Shown one piece after another: positions 13,178 through 25,981 of a stretch of DNA of 64,000 bases. The translations under genes were made by a program, and so were the position numbers. The stretch comes from Vicugna vicugna (lineage: Eukaryota): positions 3,345,319-3,409,318 of the forward strand of contig MU061579.1 in the NCBI GenBank assembly GCA_013265495.1. Direction: 5' to 3'. How positions within the stretch are numbered: position 1 is the first letter of the stretch; every line of letters starts with the position of its first letter. The notes under the pieces are model-generated. The model had not been told where the DNA came from and made no database searches. It was given only the letters and a program-made list of their open reading frames with translations.

Positions 13178-15126
13178 AATAGATTGTGGGTAGAAGTGAC
13201 ACTATTCCATAACAACTTTCAATACCCATTTACTGTGCTTTTTTCACCTCTTGTCAATGGCTGGAGATATAAATCCCAGAAGAAACCTTAGTGTAAACTT
13301 TAAACATTTTATACTGTGGAAAGCATGACTAACTAATACATGTATTTTGCAACTTAATTTCAAGGGTCTTGTGGGGGAAATTTTTAAAAATAAGACACAC
13401 ACATAAACACATACATCCAATTTTCCAGTCATTCATTATAGAAGATTTGAGGAATGTTTACTTTCATCTACCACAAAAATGTTTTTTCAGAAACACTGAG
13501 GATTTAGTAAATATAATCACTAAGGTGTTTTAAGACGTAGCACCTGACCTGTTGTGAAGGGTATGTTGACATATTTAAGCCATGTCATAAGACTTCTGCT
13601 TTACATATATAAAGACCACTGTATGCATATATATATGAGGAGGATCCACTGCCATATATATTTGGGAAGTGGGTCCTCCAACTCATATGTCTTTTATTGT
13701 GTGGTGATTCTGGCTTCATTGCTGTAATCAACTTGAGGCACTTTTATTCTGTTATCCAGCTAGAGTGGATGAGTGGATCTTCAGGTCATATCTAACTCCT
13801 TATGAACCTAAAGCCCAAAAAACCACAGCTTCAACACCACTTACCATTATGCATAATTTATTCTAGGAAATGGTTTTGTGCATGCCAATATGTTAGTACT
13901 AAATTTAAAGAGTTCTTTTACCTGTCATTGCTATAGTTTTGTCACTGGGTGTATAACAGAGGTGGCAAGGCACAAATCATGATTTCTCATACCATCTGGA
14001 TACAACATGTATTTATTGCAGTTAGGCATTTCCATGGCTCACCTTTCACTTAGATATGAATATCTTAATTAAAACTAACAATGAAACCTAGTTGCATTAC
14101 AGAGTAAATCCAATTGCTGTATTGAAATGAAATATTTAAGGTCTTTCTTTTGATTATATTTTGCTAATTAAATCAAATGCAATACAGTGTAGATGTTCTG
14201 TTACAAAATACCACATTGTTCAGCAGATGTAAAAACTCCTTCTTTTCAAGGTCCTTGAAAAGTACAATCAGGGCATCATTTGGATAATGACTTAAGAGCA
14301 ACAGGGCTGCTAATCATATCTATTTTATATGTATCCAATCACTGCAATAATAACTGTATAATTTGGTGTGCAGAATCCAAATAGCAGTTCATGGTATGGT
14401 AATAGTCATTTTAATCTTTGATGTTTAATCAGATGTTTATAGGAATATAGTCATTTCATGTTTTTATTGTTTATATGGATATGTAATTTCTTCTTATTTT
14501 TACTCATTCCCTGATCTTCTGTTAAGCATACTTAATAGTCACTGCTGAAATTCCTTTCCATTGTATGGATTACATTATATGCTTTAGGCACAAAGAAAGA
14601 GAAAATAATGGATCTTTCAAATAATTATGCTTCTTGTCTCCAATGAATGTAAGATAATTGCATTAAGAAAGAGAAACAAAATGTTATGCTTTTAACAACA
14701 GGAAATGGTTATCATTGTCCAACAAAGAATAAAATAAGCTGTGTAGATAAAGACTCTGCCTTGATCCAACATAAATCATACACAACTAACACATTTATCC
14801 TAAACGTCTTTGAGAATGGATAATGGATTCCTTGTTTGATTGAAGTGCTGGAAAAAGGTTAAGCTGTATTGCAGTAAAAGCATCAAAAATAAGAGTCTTT
14901 TGTTAAGAACACAAATTGTGTTTAACTTCTCTTAGTCAAAACATATATGTAATGGCCATGGGATAGATCTAAGGAAAATACTTATTTACAAATAAGACAT
15001 GGATTAATTAGGTAGTGATTGATTACATGTACACACACTTTTATTTGTATGTGTAAATATTTTTAAAAAGGTTGTAGGAAAAACTTATTTATCTACACAA
15101 ATATTTCCATACACATATTTTCCATA

Positions 15127-15310
15127 AGGCATTGAGCTAATTTATGCACATGTGTTATTTTAAATTTCTTATTACAATCCCATAAAGACAGGCCAACATA
15201 ATTTTACAAATGGAGAGCCCATGATTTAAGTGGGTTAAGTAACATACTCAAACTGACTAGCTCATACATGGCAAAGCAAGGAATCAAGTTAAGACTGTCT
15301 GACCATCCAG
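15127..15310 (-). mobile_element. MIR
   Basis: ggcattgagctaa...attttacaaatggagagcccatgatttaagtgggttaagtaacatactcaa...gcaaagcaaggaatcaag...ctgtctgac. Confidence 0.7.
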
Positions 15311-15610
15311 TCAAAGCTTGTGAACACTTATGTGTTATGTAGAAGTCAGATAATAATCCAGGAACAGATGCAAGCTTTCATATAAAGGAAGTTGTGTCCT
15401 CTCAAGATTTGTTATCGTGCAGTAGCAAGTTGCTGTGATAAATGATATGATTCTCTTTATATGTATATTGTCAAATAAAAATGTGTAAATGTTTGAAATA
15501 ATCTCATTCATGAAAGCAATTTCTCCCTATTAACATTTCTTAAGCCTGTATTTTATAAATGACTTATTCAAAAGATATTTTCACATAGTATCACAGATTC
15601 ACTTACATTC

Positions 15611-16174
15611 TTTTTTTTTTACTTTTTTAAATTGAAGTATAGTCAATTTACAATGTTGTGTCAATTTCTGGTGTACAGCACAATGTTTCAGTCATACATG
15701 GATATACGTATATTCATTTTCATATTTTTTCACCATAAGCTACTATAAGATACCAAATATAGTTCCCTGTGCTACACAGTAGAAACTTGTTTATCTATTT
15801 TATATATACCAGTAAGTATCTACAAATCTCAAACTCCCAATTTATCCTTTCCTACCCCTTTCCCACCTGGTAACCATAGTCTATGAATCTGTTTCTGATT
15901 CATAAATAAGTTAATTTGTCTTTTTTATTTAGATTCCACATATGAGTGATATCATATGGTATTTTTCTTTCTCTTTCTGGCTTACTTCACTTAGAATGAC
16001 ATTCTCCAGGTCCATCCGTGTTGCTGCAAATGGCATAATTTTGTTCTTTTGATGGCTGAGTAGTATTCCATTGTATAAATATACCACAACTTCTTTATCC
16101 AGTTATCTGGATGGGCATTTAGGCTGTTTCCATGTCTTGGCTATTGTAAATAGTGTTGCTATGAACATTGGGGT
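15611..16174 (-). mobile_element. 5'-truncated lineage-specific L1 (ORF2 end plus 3' UTR)
   Basis: PolyT at 15611 then attgaagtatagtcaatttacaatgttgtg...tagattccacatatgagtgatatcatatgg...gctatgaacattggggt, the reverse complement of the L1 3' end; possible short TSD tacattct/tatattct. Confidence 0.92.
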
Positions 16175-16364
16175 ATATTCTAATTTAATGTTGATTTCAA
16201 TTCTTCATAACAAAATTTCAATCAATGATAGTGTATCTATTTACTATGTTTTCCTATAATGGACACTCACTATATTACAATATTGCTACAAAAAGACACT
16301 TTACTGAATCTTTAAAAATAAGCAACAAATTAATACTGATTACATATAATTGGTATTTGCGCAC

Positions 16365-16700
16365 TTCTTCTATTCAACAGATATTTACTTATCTTCTGCA
16401 TGCCTCACAGTATCTTCCATATCAGGTATATGGTCTTGAACTAAACAAAAGCCCCAATTCTTATAAAGTGGACATTTGGGACTGGAATGGGAAAGAGAAA
16501 AGCTTCAGATGATTAAAAAATGGACAAAACAATATTTCATGTGCTAATAAGCGAAAAAAATAGAGCATGGTAAGGAGTAAAGATGGCAATGAGGCATTCT
16601 ATTTACGCATAGAGTTCAAAAAACAAGAAAACCTCTGTTACAAGGTGATATTTGAGAATAACGTAACATGATGTAAAATCAATCCTGAAAGACTTAAATG
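16365..16700 (-). mobile_element. L2 3' fragment
   Basis: ctattcaacagatatttacttatcttctgcatgcc...aaacaaaagccccaattcttataaagtggacattt...acctctgttacaaggtgatatttgag. Confidence 0.6.
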
Positions 16701-16946
16701 TACAAGGGGGGTAAGAAAATAATCGAAGACGATTCATTTTCTATTGTTAAATCTTTCCTCAATTCTTGAAGATTGAATGGCTCATACAATTTAAAAGTCA
16801 CATATTTCATTTCTAAAACAAGATCTGATAGTGATGTGAGCAGAATAGGCATATTCCCTCCTTTACTGTCTTACCACAGGGAAGATCTTTGTCAGTAAAT
16901 CAAAGAACCAAATTTTGGAGATATGCAAAATAAGAGGTGATTTCTC

Positions 16947-17225
16947 CAGACACAGAAAAGAAACTTATAGTTACCAGAGGGGAGGGAGATAGGAGGATAA
17001 ATTGGGGTTCAGGATTTGCATACACTAACTACTATATATAAAATAGATAAACAACAGTGTCCTACTGTAAAGCACAGGGAACTATGCTACACAGTAATGA
17101 CCTATAATGAAAAAAACATAAAAAGGAGCATATATATATATAAAACTGAATCTTTATGCTGTATAACAGAAATTAACACAACATTGTAAATTGACTATAC
17201 TTCAATCAAAAAATTTAAAAAATAA
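16947..17225 (+). mobile_element. Short 5'-truncated lineage-specific L1 3' UTR (~280 bp)
   Basis: cagacacagaaaagaaacttatagttaccag...ttgactatacttcaatcaaaaaatttaaaa; TSD gtgatttctc at 16937-16946 and 17226-17235. Confidence 0.92.
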
Positions 17226-18349
17226 GTGATTTCTCAAAAGAAATATCACATTAAAAATGTGATATTTTTGGATTTTCCCCTTTAATATATTGTACTCTGT
17301 TTAAAGGTATAAAAAAAAAACTAGAAAATGTTTAAATCTTTTATTAATAGATGTCTCTAGGATTTGGCACAGTAATTTGTGGCCTATGATATATTATTCC
17401 ATTGTTTCCCAAACAATAAGATTCAGTTATGATTTGGAAGGGCCAGAGGAATGATGTTTAACTTTATTTCCAGTAGATAAACTAAATATATCAAGAACTC
17501 CGAAGTCTTTATAGTGTAAAATAAAGGTAGTCTTGTAATTTATAGTGATCTTTCTTATAGAAATCCATTAGGAATAAAACTAATGCTTTTATTAAATTTT
17601 TTACTCATTTTGACTAAATATGCAATAATTCTCTGAAATAAAAAGGAAAATGCTGTATGATAAATGTAACAGGTACTGGCATTTTGACATCAAAGACTAT
17701 CTATCCCCCCATTAGGATTTGCCAGGAAACCCCAGAGCTATCTTAAGTCATTGAAGATTCTTTTCCCATTCTCTGTGATTTCTGATAAGCGAGATTTTTT
17801 TAAAGTAGGATATCCCTAGAAAAACTTTCATAAACTTAATAAAGTTCCATCCAGAATTTTGGAGTTGGTTCTAGTGCTTTAGGTCAAACTCACAGAGTTG
17901 TAATATTATCTGAAAATGTGTGAAGATTTGAGTAAGCATAATTAGCAATGCTGCTAAGATCTAAGAAACTTAAACCATCTGTCTATTATCAAGTGCTTTG
18001 ATGCACTGTCAGTGCGCTGGATGGGAGTATCAGCAAAGACTGGCTCAATCAGATCAGACATTTTACAATATGCTTGTTTTATTGGAGTTGTTAGAAACAC
18101 AACACACATATTTATTCAATGAATGTAACATGTATTTTGTGAGCAATTACCACAGGCAGATAGCAATGCACCCTGTGAAACATTCCCAAAGAAATATAAG
18201 ATAAGGTCACTAATGGGCAGCTCTGAATTACACATGCTGAATACTTTAGTGTATGAACATGCATTTTGAACTTCAGAAACAATGTACTTTCAAATATTTG
18301 AAAGTTGTTTGAAATATTTGAAATTTGTTGCCACTTTCCACAACTTTAT

Positions 18350-19000
18350 CATAAATAATGATCAATTTAAAAATAATTTTATATTTTTATGTGCCATCTA
18401 AAACTCAGATTCCATTCCAGATGCTTAGAATACCTCAATAAATAAAATATCCCTAAATCTGCAGAGCTTACATTCTAGTGAAAGAGACAGAGAGGAAACA
18501 ATGTATATAATTACCAAGTAAATTATACAGTACATTAGGAGGTGACATGAGCTATGATTATTATTATTATAAGGATAAAAGAACAAGACCAGAGAAGAAA
18601 GAACATGATTCTGTGAAAGTTACTGTCTGGGAGATGATAAGCAATTTAATATTGAGTGATCACGATATGTCTCATTGAGAACTTGACATTTGTGCAAATG
18701 CTTGAATGAGGTGAAGCAGGTGGCCATGTGGATATTGAGGGGAACAGTGTTCTAGGAAGGGAGAACAACTGGCACAAAGGCTCTGAGGACTGAATATCTT
18801 TCAATGCTCAAGGAATAGAAAACAGGCCAGGAGGTTTCAATGGGAGTTATGAGGGGCAAATAGTAGATGAGATCAGAAAAGGAATAGGGAATTCAGATTA
18901 TGCAGGCCCTTGATACTATTAAAGGACTTTGGCTCTTACACTGAGAAGTTTTGTAGAATAACATGATCTCACTTTATTTAAAATGATCATTCTTACGGCT
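18350..19000 (-). mobile_element. L2 fragment
   Basis: gcagagcttacattctagtgaaagagacag...ctcattgagaacttgacatttgtgcaaatgcttgaatgaggtgaag...cagattatgcaggccctt...aaggactttggctcttacactgag. Confidence 0.8.
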
Positions 19001-19194
19001 GAATTTCCACAGCACTGTCAATAAGTGTCTTTTGCCTTTTTAAAAAAAATACTCTTTTAAGATAATCACGAAATCCTAATTTCTAGAATATTTAGAACTA
19101 AATATTATACTTTATCCTAACCCCTCAGAGTTTCTGGTAGTGTTGGACATACAGGTAAAGCATTCAGGAAAAACATAATATTTGATTAAGCACA

Positions 19195-19320
19195 CAATCA
19201 TTAATTCAACCAACAAATGTATTTGAACTCTCTGTAAGAGTCTGATACTTAAGATGCAGTAATGAACAAAGAACATGAAAACTGCTGACCTCAGTGTAGC
19301 TTATATGACAGGACAATCGT
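19195..19320 (-). mobile_element. L2 3' end fragment
   Basis: cattaattcaaccaacaaatgtatttgaactc...gatgcagtaatgaacaaagaac...ctgacctcagtgtagctta. Confidence 0.55.
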
Positions 19321-19719
19321 ATGTCCAGTGACTAAATACAGCTTTTGCTTAAAATCTGGGTAGTAATAAGATTGTTTTTACTAAACTGCTTTTCCTATAC
19401 TATTGTGATTGCTGGTGTTTATGAACTGCCACCTAAACTTGCAGGTGGATGAGACTCTGCTCACATTACACTACTCGATCACAGTCATCAGAGCATCCTG
19501 CATTCACCTACACAGCACGCTCAGAAGTCACTTGCTTTCCTGTGCTTTTATCGCTGAGGATGGGGAACAGTTGTCTTTGAATTCTTCCGTTGTCCTGTCT
19601 AGAAATCTGAGTAAAGAAGGTGGTTGGGAAAGATGTGATGGATGTCGGAAAACTTTACCACATAATGAGAATAACTTCAAGTTTTACAGATAATAAAATA
19701 TTTGCATATATTAGAAAAC

Positions 19720-19825
19720 CAATCTTTGAGCTTCAATCTCATCTGCGAAACTGGCATATTAATGAGCTACCTCACTACATGATTGTGAGAATTTTAAAAG
19801 ATAAAGGTGTGGTAGTGCTTTGATT
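19720..19825 (+). mobile_element. MIR fragment
   Basis: ctttgagcttcaatctcatctgcgaaactggc...ctacctcactacatgattgtgagaatt. Confidence 0.6.
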
Positions 19826-21440
19826 AACTTGCATACCCATCTTACTGTCAGTTAAGTAATTATAGGTATTATTTCACCCCCAATTGCAATTTAAATTATG
19901 AAAAGGTTAAATGTCCTGTGTTTTTTAAAGTAAGCTACCTCAGTGAACTGAACAAATTGTATAATAAAAATTCTCAGCCCAGTTCTTAGAACCTGGACCT
20001 ACTTCAACATTTTAATATCAGTAGCTTTCCTATATTATCGAAATACAACTTTAACCTGTATTCATAATTATAATGCATATATATGTATATGATTATATAA
20101 AATTCATTCTTAAAATATCTATTTTCAATCAGTGAGCATAAAACAGGTTAAAAAACTAAACGGACAATGTAATACGGTTCTGTGGTAATTATGTCACAAA
20201 AAATTTCATTTTCTAGGATTCTGTGTAACAGAGTTAGTATCAACCATTTAAGGATTCATCAATATAAAGTACATCTGAAGGCAAAAAGGCATATTTCAGT
20301 GAACACTTAAAGTAGTTTCAGAAAAGAGAAAATTGAATTAATAGTTAACTAATTCTTTCTAAAAAGGCCTCATTTGGCAGGTTGGAAAAGCAGATGGCTC
20401 ATCCAGACTGACAGAAGCTTATTAAGATCTGAAAAAAGTGGTTCTCTCTATTGGTTTTGCAATGCCAGTGCAGTTTAATCCATAAGAGAAAGGTAGTTTG
20501 TTGCAAAAGACAGGTGTGTTATTATTAATATGAAAATTAACCGGTTTCCTTTTTATAAAAATATTATAAACCTATCTAAAACATTTCGTACAGAAAGGGA
20601 TATAATCGTTGCAAAGTGCAAGGCCCAACCCCAAATGTGAATCCAGGTTGTTTCTTAGCTTGCCACCACCATGGAACCACTCTTTCCAATGAATAATGTA
20701 TTACTTGCCTTGGGCCCACCAAAAATGTAATAAGAAGGTCAATTTCTGGTTGGTCTTTATGAATTTTGAAGAAATCACACCCAACATTTAGGGATACTAA
20801 TTTATCTTAACTACCAAATAATTGACATAGAGTTCATGCAATGATTTCTTTACCAAAATTCACTGCATAGTGGAGGAAAAAAACTTAGTGTTGAATTACA
20901 CTACGTGTAAAATTCTTGCATCATTTTTTTTCTTTGAAAAAGATAATTGGTGATATAGTTCTTGCTATAGAACTCCTCAAGGAAACTCTATGAATAAAGG
21001 CTGTATATCTAGAAACATACCAAGTGTGGTGGAAAGGAAAATATCAAGGAAACACTTGAGCAGGTGGCTGCAGGCTCTGAGGGTCATGCCCATCTTCCGC
21101 TGACACTTTGCCCCTGACGTAATGCAACAGACATAATTAACAGAGACTTTGGTTGATAGATAAAAATGCTAAAATGGCTAAAAACAATTTCGGAAAGCTG
21201 TGGTGTAACATTCTATTAATGGAAAAAAACAGGTCTCTGGATGTTGTGGCCAAGAAACTTCCACAAGAATTATTTGCAAAAGAATGCATTGGCTCATCAG
21301 TGACAGCCATGTGGTTACAGAGATAAGCACAGGAGAGCAGAGACACTGCAATATGGCAGCAGGAGTGGTGGAAATTGCTGTGTTTCTAGACTCTAAGATT
21401 TTGGGGGGCTACATAGATACTTTAAAAATGTGTTCCTAAA

Positions 21441-22962
21441 ATAGCACCCAAAGTAATAAAATATCTAGGAATAAATCTAACCAAGGAGGTGAAAGAATTA
21501 TACACAGAAAACTATAAACCATTGATGAAGGAAATTAAAGACTTTAAAAAATGGAATCCCATGCTCTTAGTTTGGAAGAATCAATATTGTTAAAATGGTC
21601 ACACTGCCCAAGGCAATCTACAGATTTAATGCAATCCCTATCAAATTACCCAAGACATATTTCACAGAACTAGAACAAATCATAATAAAATTTATATGGA
21701 ACCATCAAAGACCTAGAATTGCCAAAGCATTACTGAAGAGAAAGAAAGAGGCTGGAGGAATAACTCTCCCAGACTTCAGACAATACTATAGAGCTACAGT
21801 CATCAAGACAGCATGGTACTGGTACAAAAACAGACATATAGACCAATGGAGAATAGAGAGCCCAGAAACGAACCCACAAACTTTTGGTCAACTAATCTTC
21901 AACAAAGGAGGCAAGAATATACAGTGGAACATAGACAGTCTCTTCAGCAAATGGTGTTAGGAAAACTGGACAGCAGCATGTAAAGCAATGAAACTAGAAC
22001 ACTCCTTACACCATACACAAAAATCAACTCAAAATGGATCAAAGACTTAAACATAAGACAAGATACAATAAACCTCCTAGACGAAAATATAGGCAAAACA
22101 TTATCTGACATACATCTCAAAAATGTTCTCCTAGAACAGTCTATGCAAGCAATAGAAATAAAAGCAAGAATGAACAAATGGGACCTAATGAAACTTACAA
22201 GCTTCTGCACAGCAAAGGAAACCATAAGTAGAACAAAAAGACAACCTACGGAATGGGAGAAAATTTTTGCAAATGAAACCGACAAAGGCTTGATCTCCAG
22301 AATATATAAGCAGCTCATACAACTTAATAATAAACAACCAAACAACCCAATCCAAAAATGGGCAAAAGACCTGAACAAGCAATTCTCCAAGGAAGACATA
22401 CAATTGATCAATAAGGACATGAAAAAATGCTCCATATCACTATTATTAGAGAAATGCAAATCAAAACTACAATGAGGTATCACCTCACACCAGTCAGAAT
22501 GGCCATCATTCAAAAATCCACAAATGACAAATGCTGGAGAGGCTGTGGAGAAAAGGGAGCCCTCCTACACTGCTGGTGGGAATGCAGTTTGGTGCAGCCA
22601 CTGTGGAAAACAGTATGGAGATTCCTCAAAAGACTCAGAATAGACTTACTGACCCAGGAATCCCACTCCTGGGCATATATCCAGAAGGAACCCTAATCCA
22701 AAAAGACCCCTGCACCCCAGTGTTCATAGCAGCACTATTTACAATAGCCAAGACATGGAGACAGCCTAAATGTCCATCAACGGATGACTGTATAAAGAAG
22801 AGGTGGTATATTTATACAATGGAATACTACTCAGCCATAAAAACTGACAACATAATGCCATTTGCAGCAACATGGATGCTCCTGGAGAATGTCATTCTAA
22901 GTGAAGTAAGCCAGAAAGAGAAAGAAAAATACCATATGAGATCGCTCATATGTGGAATCTAA
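21441..22962 (+). pseudogene. Disrupted L1 ORF2p C-terminal coding region including the cysteine-rich (CCHC-like) motif
   Basis: Split over four ORF-track entries; in-frame TAG at 21958-21960 and frameshifts; [19 protein letters not shown] motif; natural end KYHMRSLICGI*. Confidence 0.93.
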
Positions 22963-23286
22963 AAAAACAAAACAAAACAAAACAAAAACAAACAACCAAA
23001 CATAAATACAAAACAGAAACAGACTCATAGACATAGAATAGAAACTTGTGGTTGTCAAGGGGGCGGAGGGTGGGAAGGGATAGACTAGATTTCAAAATTG
23101 TAGGATAGATAAACAAGATTATACTGTGTAGCACTGGGAAATATACACGAGATCTTACGGTAGCTCACAGAGAAAAAAATGTGACAATGAGTGTGTATAT
23201 GTCCATGATTGACTGAAAAATTGTGCTGAACACTGGAATTTGACACAACATTGTAAAATGATTATAAATCAATAAAAAATGTTAAA
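21441..23286 (+). mobile_element. Young 5'-truncated camelid L1 (1.85 kb; ORF2 C-terminal part plus 3' UTR and A tail)
   Basis: Perfect 17-bp TSD aaaaatgtgttcctaaa at 21424-21440 and 23287-23303, preceded by TTT (TT/AAAA endonuclease site); AATAAA near 23271; ORF-track pieces [43 protein letters not shown] are canonical L1 ORF2. Confidence 0.97.
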
Positions 23287-24253
23287 AAAAATGTGTTCCT
23301 AAAGGCATATTTGCTGGATGAATGGAATGCAGAGTTTATGAATATAAGCTATAGACACAGAAAAATCAGATGCATGCGATCGGTTAATATGGGAAGCCAA
23401 ATAGCACATAAGTGTGGGTCTATTTGGGATGATTACCTTAACAATTAGCAAATTCTACATAAACATATCTGAGTCCAAGACTCACCTATGCTATAGACTG
23501 AGACTTTCTACCAGTGAAACTTCTATAGGACAGCATCTTGAATTGCTGTCAGAAGTATTTCTTTGGATTTATGTCCACAGTACCAGACAAGTTTAAGGGA
23601 TTATAATCCAACAGTAAATTGAACATTAACTTAAAAAAGAAAAAAAAAACTTGTATGGCTTTGCTTTTGTAGTTCCTGCAAATGATACTACAAGAAAGGC
23701 TTAGAACTATTACATTGTTTGTTTTTCATCAATTTCATCTTTCATCAAAGCAGACCTCCTGCTTAGATCTCTGACCAAAGAGTGACTTCATATACTCTGT
23801 AGAATAGAGAGGACAAAGCACCATATTATAAAATATTACTTTTCTATCCATTTATACTACCAGAGCAATAAATTAAATAAGATTGTACTGGGCAGACAAA
23901 CCAGCTATTATATAAAATGAGTAAACTTTGGAAGGGACATTAAAGGCTAACTTGTGAATTGGGAAAAAAAAAGTATAAAGGAAGATTTTATGAAGTTTTG
24001 ATTAAAGCTGAATAATTATGCAGCATTACATGAAGGTTTTAGGATGATGTTATGGAAATACTTTGCCTATTATATGATAATGCCTCACAAAAATGTTACC
24101 AAATCACCTAATACTTCTTTCTGCTAACAGCCATTACTCTTTGTTTTACTTTACCTAACATGTGATGAATTGGTATTTGTAGAAAATAAGGGGTAAAAGC
24201 ATGGAAGACATTGAACAATTAGGTAGGATCAAAGTAGGGTAGGAAACTAAGAA

Positions 24254-24573
24254 TAAGCACACCTCATTTTATTGTGATTCACTTTATTGCAGTCCATAGA
24301 TATTGCATTTTTTACAAATTGAAGTTTTGTGACAATCTTGTGTTGTCAGTTAATGGTAAGCATTTTTTTAAACAATCGAGTATTTTTTATTAAGGTATGC
24401 ACCTTGGTCTTTAGACATAATTCTATTGCACACTTAATAGGCCACAGTATGGTATAAACATAACATTTATATACACTGGGAACCCCACAAATTAGTATGA
24501 CTTGCTTTATTGCCATATTAACTTTACTGCAGGGGTCTGGAACCAAACTCACAAAATGTCCACAGTGTGCCTA
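24254..24573 (-). mobile_element. Tigger1-derived non-autonomous DNA transposon (TcMar-Tigger MITE, ~320 bp)
   Basis: Left end taagcacacctcattttattgtg and right end ggtctggaaccaaactcacaaaatgtccacagtgtgccta+TA correspond to the two Tigger1 termini (CAGGCATACCTC TIR); transposase deleted. Confidence 0.85.
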
Positions 24574-25414
24574 TAATTATCCAGTGAGTATGATTGTACT
24601 ACATATTTGGTGGCTTAGTGTACAAACATTAATGAGCTGAGAATTTTCAGGAGACAGCCAAATAGACAATCTAAATGGTGATATATAAAATTGTATAAGA
24701 CCCTTCCTTCATGTTAGTTTAATAGCTTGATCTCAGCACATAGCTTTCATAAACCAGAGTATGTAATTTCAATAATAAGCAGTTAAGCAAAGACAAACAT
24801 GGCTGAAATGCATGATGAATCCTAAGCATTTACTCAATTTTTTGTTAGTCTGTTTTTACTCTTTAATACCCATACTGTGTTCACAGTATCCTAAGTGTTT
24901 GTGGTTTTTAGAGTAAAATGAGTTAGAAAATTTTCATGAGGAAAAAAATAGTATCTATTAAAAAAAAAAAAAAACACCCAGGGCACCTTTCCTGTGTTTG
25001 TTTTCTGCCCTTCCCTCACTGTTGTAAGCATTTTCATCAACACCCACCACACACTGCACAGGCAGCCATCTGTGTTTCTGTCTTTAAGAAGTTATATCCT
25101 ACAAGTCTTTCCTCATGACACTGCTGCCTATTACATAAATCACAGAGACATTCAACCCTTTGGAATGGAATCAGAAACCCACAAAGCTGACTGCTGTCAG
25201 GACTCATAAGGAGTGCAATTAATAAATTTATTATTTAGGAGTGGAGTTGTTTCCATTCCAAAAATTCATGCAAAATTGGAGCGTTGGCCACAGAGCGCTT
25301 ATCAAAGTAAGTAAGCTAAAAGTCTTTTCATCTTCAAGTTCACCCATTTGACAGTCATTATGTTTTCTGCTTCATCTCTGCTTCTGTAAGCTCTGCTAGT
25401 GTCAGAACACATAA

Positions 25415-25510
25415 CTCACTCACTCAATCAACAAAGATTCACTTAGTGCCAGTTTTCGTGTGTGATGAACAAGAGAAATCCCTGCCATCATGTAGCATAT
25501 GATCTAGACT
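25415..25510 (-). mobile_element. L2 3' end fragment
   Basis: actcactcactcaatcaacaaagattcacttagtgcc...gatgaacaagagaaatccctgccatcatgtagcatatgatctag. Confidence 0.5.
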
Positions 25511-25981
25511 TTAAAATTTATTTCTGTCCTCGAAACCACAAACATAGCAGCATTTATAAAATTGAAAAATATATAAATAATAATGATATTAAAGAGAAAT
25601 AAAAACTTAAAAATTAAAGACAGCAAAACTGGCATGCCTACTAGCAGAAAAACAATATGATATAGTTAAATATCAGCTAAAACAAAGTTTCATAAAGTTG
25701 GGGAGGTGCAGTGTTGTCATCAAGATGTCAACATAGGTTGTTCCTGACTTCAGTTATTCTCACAAGTAGACCAACTAACTCACAGATAAGACACCATTGT
25801 GAAAGTCCCAGAATGCAGGGTTAAGGCTAAAGAAATGCCCTAGGCAGTAGAGAACAAAAAGGACCACATTAGAAGCGTAAGAGGAATAGTTCCAGTTTTA
25901 TCATATTGTCCCTTGAGTGCCCACCTAGGCCTACAGTTTCCTCAATGGGAAAAAGAGAACCCAAAGTAGACAGAGCACCCT

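Noticed and set aside
20380..21400. GC-richer patches resembling old MaLR/ERVL sequence
   Set aside because: Could not define termini or family well enough to call.
21944..22513. 189-aa minus-strand ORF, the longest in the track
   Set aside because: Antisense reading of L1 ORF2, a common artefact.
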